From Moniliella sp. 'wahieum' (lineage: Eukaryota): a stretch of 64,000 nucleotides of DNA. Below the pieces are notes generated by a model, which made no database searches, had not been told where the DNA came from, and worked only from the letters and a program-made list of their open reading frames with translations. Below, one piece after another: positions 27,302 to 39,559 of the stretch. Numbering within the stretch: position 1 is the first letter of the stretch; each line of letters begins with the position of its first letter. The stretch spans positions 682,001 to 746,000 of the forward strand of contig RSEE01000022.1 of assembly GCA_003971905.1 (NCBI GenBank), written 5' to 3'. The translations under genes were made by a program, and so were the position numbers.

Positions 27302-27753
27302 CCCGCCTGCGTTGTCGGCGTCTTGATGGCTGTCGTTGATTGTTGGCCATTGTTCTACCCATTTTGTACACACTCCCCACCCACTCTAGGCCCATTGCGA
27401 TTGCGGTAGTAGCAGTAGATAGGAACATCTGGGAAAGCCACGTTCCCCCCAGCTAGCATGGCAGATGGGGCATACGAGGGCTGCTTGGCTTGTCCATCTC
27501 CTCAGGCTTGACTTGGGTTTGATGGCCGAGCATCGTATGTTTTGTGCGCAGCTAATAAAAGCTAGGCCGGTGTCACACGCCAGACAGCGGAATGGGCGGA
27601 ACGGGGCCGAGAAGAACACGCTGGATTTTTCAAAGTGCCCGTCAGAACAACTTTTCTTTTTTTTCCTTCACCCAGCCTCCTTGGACTCGTCTTCCTGCTA
27701 CTCCTTTTTGTGCACCTCCTTCTCCTCCTCTTCGTCCCCTTCTTTTCGTAAGC

Positions 27754-29627
27754 ATGGCCGACTCTGAGATGCACAACCAGGCGTTTGCTGCCGCGCGCCA
27801 GGCGACCTGCCTGCTCTTCATGCTGCGCTCGCCGCGTCCAACGCTCCTGCGCTCACCACCACCGACCAGGGCCAGACGCTGCTTCAGGCTGCCTCCAGCG
27901 CCGGCCAGGCCGACATCGTGCGCGATCTCTTGGCTCGTGGTATGTTGCCAACGTCTTGTTTCGGCTGCCGCCCCCGTCTCTCTTCCACTGACACAGCCCA
28001 TTTCGTCAGGTGCCGATCCGGCGCAGGTTGACCTCGAGCAGGTCCGTGCTCACCCGGCTGTTGCGGCTGTGCTCACCCACTTTTCCGCCGAGCCTGAGAA
28101 CCCGCCCCCACCTGCTCTTCCCGTTCCCCTGCACCTCATATGGTGGTTCCTGGGCCTGGATACTTCTACCCCCCTCCTCCGGGCCAAGTTCCGCCCGAGT
28201 TCCCGCCCGCGTTTGTTGGGCCGGACGGCATGATGTTGCCTCCTCCGCCGATGATGCCGCATGCCATGCGGCCTCCACCTGCTGGTGCGCCGCCGGAATG
28301 GGTTCGCTTCCTCCTCCGAGGTGGCACGGACTATCCCCTGCCGCTTCTTCCCGCAATGCCGGTATGGCGATCAGTGCTATTCTTCCACCGCCCACCATGG
28401 CCAACGTCCCACCGCCCGAGGGAGAAGAAGGTGTGCCAATGTTCTACCCGCTCCCGGCTTTGCGTATCCCTTCCCGCCCGCTCCGGGCCAGATGTACATG
28501 CCACCTGTGATGGGGTACGGGGCACCGCCGCCGCCGCCGCCACCCCACGCACCGGGCCCGCAAGTGGCTGTGCCCGCTGCCCACCCAGGCTGCGCCCGTC
28601 ATGCACTCTGTGCCGTTCCTCCTCGCCCCTCCGACAGGGGAGAGTGCTGCCGTACCAGAGCCTTTGGCCCCTGGCACCCTGCCTCAGGCACTGACGCAGC
28701 CCCGGCTGTGCCACAAGCCGCCGCTGCGGCCCCGACAGCGGTCAAGCGGATGCAGCGCCGTTTGAGCCTTCGCTGCCGCGAATGGGTGCGCCGATGCACC
28801 TGCCTCTCGAGGGCCGTCCCTACCGGAAACTTCGTGGCACGGGCCGTCCTACGAAGCGCTCCGGACCCATGCCTCCCTGCCGCTACTTCCCTCATGGCAT
28901 CTGCAACAAGGGCGACGATTGCGCCTTCCCTCACATCCTGCCCGATGGAACGGATGTATCGGGCCGCTCGGGTGCTGGTCCGCACGGCGGCCCACCCAGC
29001 GCATCCGCGCAGGAAGGGCGATCGGCGTCTGACGCGCCCAAGACGGACGACGAACCCCGTTCGACTCGCCCGGCCTCCGGCACCGTACTCGCAAGCCCGC
29101 GAAATTGGCTCCTCAACCTTCCCTCTCTTCCGCTGACTTCCCTGCCCTCGCCGGTGCATGAACCCCTGCCACCCCGCCCGCGGAAGAGAGACGAAGGAGC
29201 CCAAGAAGAATTTCTCTGACATTGTCTCTGCTTCTGCCGAAAAGGCCGAGGCTGAGAAGCCCGAGCCCAAGGAGCCCAAGGAATCTCAGGAGCCAAGAAG
29301 CCCCAGCTTGATGCCAAGACGGAGACTAAATCTGAAACCAAGACCCCGAAGGAGTCTCAGCCCGAGCAGACAAACAAGACGGGCCTCCCGCTCGGCGCCA
29401 GTGAGTCCCAGACACCGACCACTGCCCAACCCTCGAAACGGGAGCAGCAGCAGTCTCAGCCTGCCTCTGCTGATACGCCTGCCCCGACGACCAAGGTGGA
29501 GACCGAGGATGAGTTCACCTTGGTCAAGGCGCGTAACACCAAGCGGGGATCCTATGGCTCGTGGGGACGTTCCCGCCCCGGCCGCACGTTCCAGAAAAAC
29601 GGCAAACCGGCTGCAATGGCTGCTTGA
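27754..29627 (+). CDS. Ankyrin-like repeat plus two CCCH-type zinc fingers, Pro-rich; intron 27940-28009
   Basis: LQAASSAGQADIVRDLLARG(ADP) ankyrin-like; PCRFFPQCRYGDQC and CRYFPHGICNKGDDCAFPH fingers; many frameshifts. Confidence 0.7.
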
Positions 29628-30356
29628 ACGGTGTCACCCCATCAGCCCTACCCATTCCACGACCCTTTCCTCAGCTTTGGCCCTTTGCTCTTTGGGACAG
29701 CTTTTGGGTTTTAGCTCTTGACTCTTTGAGGTATGCCGTTTGGATCTTGATTCAAGGCTCGTGGTTTACTCCCTTCCCCGCCTTTTCGGCCCTTCAGCGG
29801 TGTGTGTTGAGAGGCGCGAAACCTTGGGTTTCTTCTATGCCTGCACCCCTCTTGCCATGAGCTGGAGGTGGCCTCTATGGTTTCCCCGTTGCCTGCGCAG
29901 GTCTTGCGAACCTCGTATCTGCCCCCTCTCCCCCCACCTCCACCATCTTATCTCGAGCTGGCTCAGCGACGCGAGTGGGACTGGCTCGCTCTATGCTTTG
30001 CTCATTTCGTTTGCCCACTCTCCCCCCGCCTCTCCCTCGCGTCTATGTCTTTGTGCAATGTAATCTTGCCTCCTCCCCGTTCCCTATGCCGCTATCCCTT
30101 TCCCCTCCCCTTACCCCCCCCCCCCCCCCCCCGCCCCCCTTTTCCTTTTCCCTTTGCCTTTTCCCCTTGCCCTTTCCCGTACCCCTCCTGCCCCCATCCA
30201 GCATCGCCCCATTTATCTGCTCCCCACCCTGCATGTGGGCTGCCTAAAATGATGCTCATCTGCAGTGCGCATTTCCTCATCAAAATTGCCCATCATCTTA
30301 TGATGGCCGGTAGAATATATCTTTGCTTCAGGATTCGCGATTAAGCTTTAAGGTAT

Positions 30357-30830
30357 ACCCACGTCCGCAACGAACCTGCTGGAGGAAGAGGGATGGGTCA
30401 AGACGCGGGCGGAACGCGCGCTGCGCACCGACTACCGCGTGATGGGGCCTGGAGCAATCGGAGGATCAGGAATGGAGGTGGACCACACATGCTGTTGCGC
30501 GACACGGGATCACAAGAGGCGCAGAGCGCGTACCGGAGAGTGGTGCATGAGAGCACCGCGACGCCTTTGGAACGCCGCCGGGAGAAGGAGCTGCATCGGC
30601 TGCTGGAACAAGCAGAATGCGACAAGAACGCCAAATGTCAGAGACACACTCAAGAGCAGTTTTCCCCCTTGGTTTTGACGACACGAGGATACTACGGCAC
30701 CAAGACAGCGGGCAAGATGTTTGCGCATTGGAAGGAGTTGGCTACTCTCAATGGAAATGGTTCCTCGCTCGGATGTCTACCACGTTCATCCGTGTCCACA
30801 CGCGCTACCTTGGGTACGGACCGGATGGCG
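30357..30830 (+). mobile_element. Degenerate 3' fragment of a non-LTR retrotransposon ORF (restriction-like endonuclease type, CRE/R2-like)
   Basis: ...AECDKNAKC...FSPLVLTTRGYYG..A..MF..W resembles the EK..KY...F.PLV...G pattern at the C-terminus of RLE-LINE ORFs; recognised by eye only. Confidence 0.45.
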
Positions 30831-30989
30831 ATAGCGCCAGAGGGTCCTGATATCCTGGCGATCCCCCCCTGGTTCCTTAACATTGGTGGTGCTACCAAGT
30901 AACTCACGCAAAATGAATGGTTCGGTTTATAGGCGTAGCGTTTCCCTGTCCCAGCCTTAAGCTCTGTCAATGGTATGGATGAAGAATAG

Positions 30990-31714
30990 AGGCGGCTGCA
31001 GGTGTGGCAAGGCTGCACATGTACCAGCTTGGGCGGTAGTAAAACGCGCCTGAACCCTTCTCGGGGTTCAGGGACGGGAAGTGGCACAGCGGAGGACAAA
31101 CAGTGCCCGAGTTGGAGCTGTAGGCTGAAACTGGAGTTTGCTTATGGGGATCCACGCGGAGGGACTAAACTTGGTTTCGGCCTGGCATGAGGAGGGCAAA
31201 GCGATTTGGTTGGCTGAGAAGCTGAGAGCGGGATACGGGAGCTGGAGGGCGAGGTCGAAGAGAGGGGGGAGCAACTAAGATGAAGAGAAGCTGTACCTGT
31301 ACTGGGCTGATCACACAATTGGCGAGGACCGGAGAGGAAGACCCCAAAATGGACCGTGGGGGAACCCTACCAACCATGACTTTTACAGACAGGGACTAAA
31401 ATGGAAGCAAAGCAATAGACGAAGAACGGGAGGCAGGGAAGAAGAGGGTGAGAAGGTTGCCAGGAGGACAGCCTAGAAAGAGTGAAAGTAAACAGGCACG
31501 CGAGGCGACTATAATTTGGCAACTATACTGACACAGTTCGTCAGATGATACCATTGTGGCCACCAACGGTTCTGCTTGGGCAACACAGGGCACCTATATT
31601 GTCACGCCGATCCGTAGAACTGGCGGTCGTGTTGGTGTTTGCGCTGACCACCGCGAGCTCGGATCAGGTCCGATCTGACCCATGACCAACCTGGGAACTG
31701 GGTTAGAAAGGTGA
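30990..31714. repeat. Degenerate dispersed repeat (LTR-like), abutted by the element starting at 31715
   Basis: 30991-31110 similar to 31862-31980 (GGC(G/A)GCTGCAGGTGTGGCAAGGCTGC...GGGACGGGAAG); 31340-31712 similar to 36700-37097 (AATGGACCGTGG, GACAGGGACTAAAA, CTATATTGTC, GGGTTAG(A/G)AAGG). Confidence 0.65.
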
Positions 31715-32618
31715 TGTCACGGGCCGGGCCCCGCCAGGGGACACGCCCGGGGTTTGGGGGTTCGATCCCTTAGGCGACGGTAGGTCGACTCACGGCAGTT
31801 TCGGGCTTGGGCTGGTTGGTGAATCCGAGCGGAGCTAGGGACGAGGTGAGGTCTTTGGTGAGGCAGCTGCAGGTGTGGCAAGGCTGCGTCTGCACCGGCT
31901 TGGGCCGTAGTAACATGACTGAAGCTTCCGGGACTTAGGGACGGGAAGAAGCAGAGGTGGACAAACATTGCCTCAACTGACACTGGATAGAGGCTAGAAA
32001 TCGACGCGGCCGAATGAGGGCTGGCGCGACGGTGGACTGACGGATTGCTGGAGGACGAGAGGTTGGAGGAGGAGTCGCGACCTAACAAGGAGGAGACTGT
32101 CTGTACTGGATCAATTGGCTAGAAAACGGGCAGGAGTCGGACAGGATAGACGGGAAAGGACGAGGGGGATGACGAGAGGATGGCGAGAGGATGACGAAAG
32201 AATGACGATAATGGCAGGTGGGGAAAAGGATCCCCATGAACCACAGGTGTACAGGCAAGATCAAAAGGGAGACGGATGCAAGAGGGCGTGCAGAAAGGAA
32301 GACACGTCAAAAGCGGGGTTGATCCCCGCAGGCGCGACCGAGAAAGGAAAAGGAAACGGCAACGGGGCGACAGACGTCGCAACGGCACTGGAAGCTCGGC
32401 GGCCTTTTATTTAGGCCACCCCACTTAGTTGGACTTGGGCGGGGAGCGACTGTTGTTGCGCGGATGCACGCGGCCCTTCGGACCACGGTATCTAATTTAA
32501 CCAACCATCATCACACATGGTTGTTGGCCTGGGGAACATGCTCTACTGGACATGTGCGGAGCAGGCGGGCCTTAGCTTGGATCGGACGGCATCTCGGGTT
32601 CTCAGCAGCCCGTGACCA
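31715..32618. mobile_element. Probable LTR (~900 bp) with inverted termini
   Basis: Begins TGTCACGGGC, ends GCCCGTGAC(C)A; last ~130 bp homologous to the end of the solo LTR at 44071-44506; no TSD visible. Confidence 0.6.
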
Positions 32619-35600
32619 AGCCAGGGTGACTCTGATGCCCCCGCCATTCGTCTAAAGCATGAGAGCAAAGAAAATCATACCCAAAATCCTTTCCTTGAAG
32701 TTTCTGCCTGCGCTCGAATATCCTCTTGACAATCATAGTGGCACTGGACCCACTCATTGTTATGACCATTGAGGGAAAAAATGTCTTCCTGCTAAGTGCT
32801 CTGTGGCACTTGTCGTTCATTTGTCGTCATTCAGTAAACCGATGGCACTCCTTCTCCCAGAATTCCACAAACTTGTAGCTATCCATTTGTTTATCACCTC
32901 TGGAATGCAGTCCTGACTTCCTTCGTCACCGAGTCCTAAATGTGGTCTACCTCCTTGCTCTCACCATCTGCCATTGCTCCTATGGTCCAAAACCTACTAC
33001 TACTGACCGATGCTGGGCGAGCCTGTGAACGCGTATCGATATACCCTCATTAATCCCCCAGACCCGCGCGGCATACGCTGGGTACGTTGGCCGGCGATCA
33101 GGAGAGCCGGGTTCTCTTTCAAGGCCCTCAAAGGTGAGCATTTGCAATGGTTGGCGGGCCAACAGAGAGCCTCCTAATTTGTTTCCGTTTCCTAATAGCC
33201 TTAGTCTGAACAACAGCAACCGCTGTGCAGTGACATTTTCAGTGCCATCACTGTCTCTTTTTCCGATCATAAGTACGTCGCTACCCCGTTGTCGCCCAGC
33301 AGGTCATCTGACTTTTTTCACTCATCGCCCCGCAAGCTATCTAATGGGTTGGACGAGTGGATGAGAGAATTTCTAGGGCATTGCGGACACGCATCTTCCG
33401 TAAGATAACCCTGAAATTTGTACCGCCTGGCGTGCGACCCGTGCACAACTCACCCACATCTCCGTCAATCGTAGTAACCTGGGAAAATAACAGACGAGGA
33501 GGATGCACGGGACAACGAAGGCACTGCAGTCAACCTCTTTGACACAGCGGGCACAGATGGCGAGGACGACGACCGCACAGACGACACTTGAGACTAAAGA
33601 GTGATTTGGCGCCTACACATTCCAAAGACCTCTCAATGGCAAGCCCCAAGTTCATTTGACCCATCGCAATGCAAAAAGTACCCTCGAAGACGATTGCACT
33701 GCATTCGATGGTGCTAGAATGAGTAGTAGTATAAAATGTAATACCAATAGTAACCCAGGGAGAGCGAGCATAGGAGGATCAGATTCGTCAGATACGTCGC
33801 CCAGGGGCACATCATAACGTTTCTGACGTTCAAGGGGGTGACGTCGGCGACATAACTGACCTGCAGGGGATGACATCGAGGACATCTCTGACGTTCAGGG
33901 TGGTGACATAGACGACGTCACTGACCTGCAGCGGCTCACAGAATTGCCTCACCCACGGCAAATTACTCCTCTGACATTTTGAAGGTATTTTATATGAAAA
34001 ACATAAATGATGTCTTTGGTGATCCGCTGTGTTTATCATGGAGTGGGGAAAATGTACGCCCATGGATAAGCCGTACACTAGTTTACTATACATCCCCCGG
34101 TTGGTATGGCGGGAACTTTGGCATGATTGAAGAGGATGTATATGCCTTGCGAAGAGGAGCATGATTGCTCGGACGAAGGCGGGCCGGGGAACTTGATTTA
34201 GTGTAACGCTCTGTTCGCTTCCGCTTTTCTCTCTCAGCTCTAGAATGTTATCAGCCGCTAAGGTTTTTGGCGTTGCTTGCTAAAGCGAAACTGTGGAGCT
34301 TTCAGTCAAAAAGTCTTCAGTTCCAGCGGGAAAAGGCGAACAGGCCAGGGGCGTTTGTCATCGCAGGAGGGATACGTATGGAAAGCAATTATACCCGGCG
34401 AGTATGGGACCATAACAATACTTCCCGAGGTCATTGGAGTGTGCGCCTTTGGGATTGCAAGAAACAATATTACTAACAACCGGGCGGTTCAGCGCGGATT
34501 CGATCGGGCGGGAAATATTTTCTCTTCTTGGATGATGTGCCGTTTATCTTTTCGCCTGCCAGTTCGATTCACTCGGCTGAGGCTCACGGAGCCATATCTC
34601 TGCTTACCTTCCCTATTGACGTTGGCTTAGCCGATCGCTGCCAATCCCCCGGATACGTCACGCGCACTGCCAGTGCGGCCAATTTCTTGATCCCGACGAT
34701 AGCTCAACTTTGCAATGAGGGTATCATTGTTTCTCCTCTAACCTTGCATGAAGGGACCAAAAGGGAGCCCGCCCTACGCTCCGCGGTTACGCTGGTTGCA
34801 TGCGCCCAGTGGTACTTCTGCAGCGATGATCTGGTTCTTCTTCTTCTTCTGCTGAAGAGGGAGTATTACCCTTAGGATGTATGCAACGCAAGTTTCACTC
34901 AGCTGCACTATTCTGATTGGATGGCCACTAGGCCAGAAGGATATGCTCCGGTGCGAAGAGAACGTGCTCGCAAACAGTCGCCGCTTGTTGGGTTCTGCAG
35001 AGACTTGTTTGGAAAGACAAACGCTCCAATGTAGTGTTCGTACACAGCAATTCACACAACTGAATGTCGACATGGCATATGAGGTTACTTAATAGAAGCT
35101 CAAATATTGCGACAAGCTAGTACCTGTGCAACAGAATAGCGTCAGTTTCAGCAGAGCACACCCTTGCCGCAGGCTCTGCATACAACGGCATGTATGTACA
35201 AGCATATACAATTGCCTCGCGTCTTTACTTGACGAGGCCGTTATGCATAGGTTAATTGGGCTTTGCAACAAATTAACCCGTAAGCCTGGTTAAGTTACTC
35301 GCGAAACACACCATCATCCTAACTGCTCACTTGCTCGTTTCGAACCCTCTATCATACACTCAGTTGCCCTTCCCTTCATTGCCTTGCGCATCTCATACTT
35401 CTAGTTCTACGTTTGCAGCCATCAAGTGATTTTGATGTTTTTAAATCACGTAACGACCCCCGGGTCAACTGCTTGACTTGCATTCCATGCCCCATGGCTC
35501 CCATGTCGTAACGTGCTATTATGCCAGAATTGAAATATACCGTCCTGTCCCGTTTTGCTATTTAGCACCCGGAATGAGCTGCTTGGATTGGTTAAACAGG

Positions 35601-36574
35601 CTGAACCGGACAAATTGCCAAGTGTCAGGCCGAACTCCAGTTCTTTTTTCCCTTTGGTTATTACAACTTGAGGATGTCGTCCCAACAAGACAATAATATT
35701 TTTGTTTGGGCACTTAAAAAAAGTAACCAACTCAATGGAGATTCTTCACCATTGATACTTTTCCGGTTTCCCACTTGGTACCTTCAGTTCAGAGATGGAT
35801 GGCGGTCGTCAGAGGGTTCTGAACTGCCAACAATCCACCTATTTTCCTACCGGGGAGTGGCCGAGTCAAGCAGCATGGGTCAGTGTAGGCGCCGCGTCTG
35901 TTTTGGTCCCAGCCTTGCTCTGTATATGTGATGTGACTACACTATAAGGATGTGGAGGCAAGTGTTTGCTGTTTGCTACTCGCACTGATACTAACTCTCA
36001 GTGATATGAGCACGTTGAGTTCAAGGATTGTTTCTCTTGTGGCAGAATATTACATTATCAAAGCCTCTGTATCTTCTTCAGTCATTCACTGCGAAATGGT
36101 TCATTTCGTTGTATATACCGGTATTTGATTGTATTCAAGCAGCATCGAATGACTTGGGCCATCAGTTCTTTTTTTCTCTACCCTCTTTGTTCTTCTGCGC
36201 GACATCTATATTTGGAGCCCTTTCCATCGTATTTGCTCCCGGCTATGTAAACCATCGCTTGGGCGGCGGTAGCGTGTCTGAAGCTTTCTTGCTCAGGGAC
36301 GGGAAGGAGCAGCGGAGGGCCTATGCTGTTGGACTGAGGGTGGATTGGGAATGGGGGCGGCGGGGCTGTACGCAGGATCGCACCCGGTTGAACTGGGCTG
36401 GACTTGGGCTGGAAGCTGAGAAACTGTGAGCTGAATGTTGCGCGGATGAATTGCGTGCTACACTGGTGGCATGAGGCCAGTGGTACTGCAGCAGTAGTGT
36501 TCTTATTTTATTCTTCTTCTTCTTCCTTCCTGCGAATGGAAGCATAGCTCTCTTGGGAGTTAGTATGCAGTGAA

Positions 36575-37153
36575 TGTTATGACTTTGCCACCACCATCCC
36601 CGCAGTTAGCTGCACAATACTGACGACGGGTGCTGGAGGAGCAACCATGAGGAGTTGCCTGTAGTGGGTTGATCAATTGGCATGGAGAACAGGGGGAGAC
36701 GCCAATGGACCGTGGTGGAAAGCCACGAACCATTGCTGACAGGGACTAAAAGGAAAACAAGGCAACAGAGAAAGAACGGGGAACAGGGGAAAATAGGCAG
36801 ACAGCTGCCGCACGGGGGCAACCTAGAAAGGTAAGGTAAACAGGCGTGGGGCGACTAGTGTCGCAACGACAATGGAGACAGGAGGAACCATGAAACTGGG
36901 GTTCCCAATTCACTGCGACTATATTGTCGCTCGGATACGTAGACTGGTAATCACCCCAGTGGCGGTCGAGCCAGCCGCGATGGAACTGAATTGAATCTGA
37001 GGGCGCGCACTATTATTGTGGAGGGACGGCCCTCAGTTGAGATCGGATCAGTTAGAATCTGACTCAATGACCACAATCTAAGACGGGGTTAGGAAGGCGA
37101 AGGGCACACGTAGGCTCTGTCGGGCTTTTGCAAGCCCGTCTTCGCCCGTGACA
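36575..37153. mobile_element. LTR-like element related to 30990-31714
   Basis: Shares blocks with 31340-31712 and ends GCCCGTGACA (37144-37153); left end (TGTTATG) tentative. Confidence 0.5.
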
Positions 37154-39037
37154 ATCGAGAATACGCCAGAGGCCATGCATCAGCCAGCCACAGGCTCTTC
37201 ATGAGATTGGAGCACTCACTGTAGGACATTGAAGGACGACCAGGTCAGGATGCTTGGAGACGACGATGTGGTCAATGTACCCTCCACGGTCTGTCCACTC
37301 TGGCGGGTGCAGAAATGGCACAATAGGCGTGTCCGTGGGAGAGCGCGTGGAGTCCGCGGGTAGATCGGGGGGGGGGGGGGGGGGGGCAGCTCGCCCAGTC
37401 CGCCACACCTCGGCAATGACCTCTTTGGTGTCGTACCGAATCCGTCAAGAATTGAATCAAATCTTTGACGTGAACCGGGCAGTGAATTTAGGTAGCGGCA
37501 TCCGCGAAGGGGAGGCCTTTCGTTCGCATGAGGCACACCGCTGTGAAAGCAAACTCTATAGTGCCTCCTTGTTGGCCGCAACGTCGACGAATAAAAGCGC
37601 ACGTGAGTTCTGAAGCAGAGCGTTCGTCAACTGCGTGGACCTGGTGCGCGAGTGCAGTCGTGGGCGTGCCCTCCGGGGCAAGCTGATGGGAAACAGCACC
37701 TGGGTGGATAACTTCGGGTACAGGGTGACCCTGCAGGGCGACCCTGTTGAGCGGGCGCAGCATTGGCGGCATCCATTAGAGACACGGCTTCGGTTCGCGC
37801 GTTAGGACAGGTTGCCGAAGGGTGGAGGCTAGGTTATATCGAAACCAGAGGACTCCACCTCTCTATCTACGAGTTGAGCCCGCGAACAATCATTAAGGCG
37901 GCCCCCGCAGCAGCTCTTGGACCCCCTTCAACGGATCCTCATGAACCATACTTACGCATTTACCACTACGCTATCGAGCCGCGATAGGAGCAGCTGTAGG
38001 ATCACAGAGTCTCCGCTGCGAAAGCACAAACCAAAAGGGTAGAAGGCGAACAAGGCAGACATCTCCTCCACTATTACTATAGGTTGCATGCTGGACTAGT
38101 ATATCAACGCCTCTGGCGTTCCAGTGCTCGACTATATACCCAACAGAGAGAGTTTTGTCCTCGTCGCTGGTGGTTCATACACCTGCTTCACAGTTTGATG
38201 CGGCATTCCTATTGAGACTCTTCATCCTCGTTGGTAGCGTCCAAAACAGATGCGTGGGACGGGCGAATGGTCCGCGTAATGGGCCTATGCCGTCTCGCGC
38301 CCTCCCAGCGGTATGCTGACGGGGCAGCACCCACAGCAGCCCGGCGGTGTTAAGCTATCACTTGAGCCAGTGTGTCGGCTTAGAGCTGCTCTGTGCTCGC
38401 TTGTCCCAGGCGCAATAAATCGAGGTTTCCGTGGCCCTTTGGAGGGATTTTCAATGCGTACTTCACCAGGACATGCTTGAGATGCGCAACGTGCCGAATA
38501 GTACCGATTCAAACCAAGATTTGGTGGTTGATGCTGATGGCTTTTGAAGGTAACATATCCTGTCAGGCAATGCATGCGCGGCTAGCCACGAGCAACCATT
38601 GAATCGCCAAATGCTTTGCGGAGGGGGCGTACTGGGCGTTCTTTTGGCCCGGATATCAGCCAAGTATTGGGCGATCAGATTCGGCGCACCGGGGGGGCGA
38701 GGGAATTGCACCCTCTTGTTTCCTTGCCATTGAGGTAAGGCGAAACCAGAAGTCAAGCAGTGTTGGATTACTTCTTTGCGCAAAAGGACGTGTGAATAAT
38801 GTCACGGCTGGTGGGGTTGTGTCTGTTTAACACGATTTTGGAAACGGGAGACTCTCTCCAAGACATCAATAGTGATGCCCTGGTATCAAGCTGGTCCCTC
38901 ATCTGTTGTGTCTTGGCCCTTGCGTGCCCGGTGGATTCTTGAGGTGACTGATGTAGATGGGACCCAAGCGTAGCGGGGGGGCTCTTTGGACAGCACACAC
39001 ATCGATGATACCTGGGAGTCCGGATGGCGCTTGAGGG

Positions 39038-39245
39038 TGATGCAATCGCACTGGTGGTGGTGGTGGTGGTGGTCTCATCCAACCAGAGCAACACCTCCAG
39101 AGGAACAGCAAGCAGCGAGTCGCCACCGGGGGCTCAGCTGCGGAACAAGGAAAAACAGGAGAGAAAACAACAGAACTCCCAGGCCTGAGGAGGAACTGAA
39201 GGGACACATTAGCCAAAGCACGAGCCACCCGATGGCTCAACATGA
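39038..39245 (+). repeat. ~200-bp dispersed repeat, copy 1 (inverted copy at 58008-58205)
   Basis: TCGCACTGGTGGTGG...GCGAGTCGCCACC...TGCGGAACAAGGAAAAACAGGAGAG...CCAAAGCACGAGCCACCCGA matches the reverse complement of 58008-58205. Confidence 0.85.
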
Positions 39246-39559
39246 ACTGTCTGTCCGTTTACCTATTTCTCCCCATGCCAGGCAGTATGCGGGTCTTGTT
39301 TTGCAGGGCTGTGCGCTCGCTGAGCGTCCACCCGGAGCCCGAAGGCTGAGATTACCGTACGGTTACCAGTGACCGGTGAACAGTTAACGTTAAACGTACT
39401 TTAACATGCTTCGTGCGAGCGACCCTGCCTCGCACGGGCTTCAGCCGCCTCGCGTCGCAGGGCAGCACAGCATGCTCTCCAGCACCATGCTTCTGTTTTG
39501 GGGGTGATGCAGGATGCAGGATGATCGATGATCGCTGAAACAGCGGCCCCAGGCCTCAA

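Noticed and set aside
31699..37093. GGGTTAG telomere-like seeds in the repeats
   Set aside because: Single units only, not distinguishable from chance
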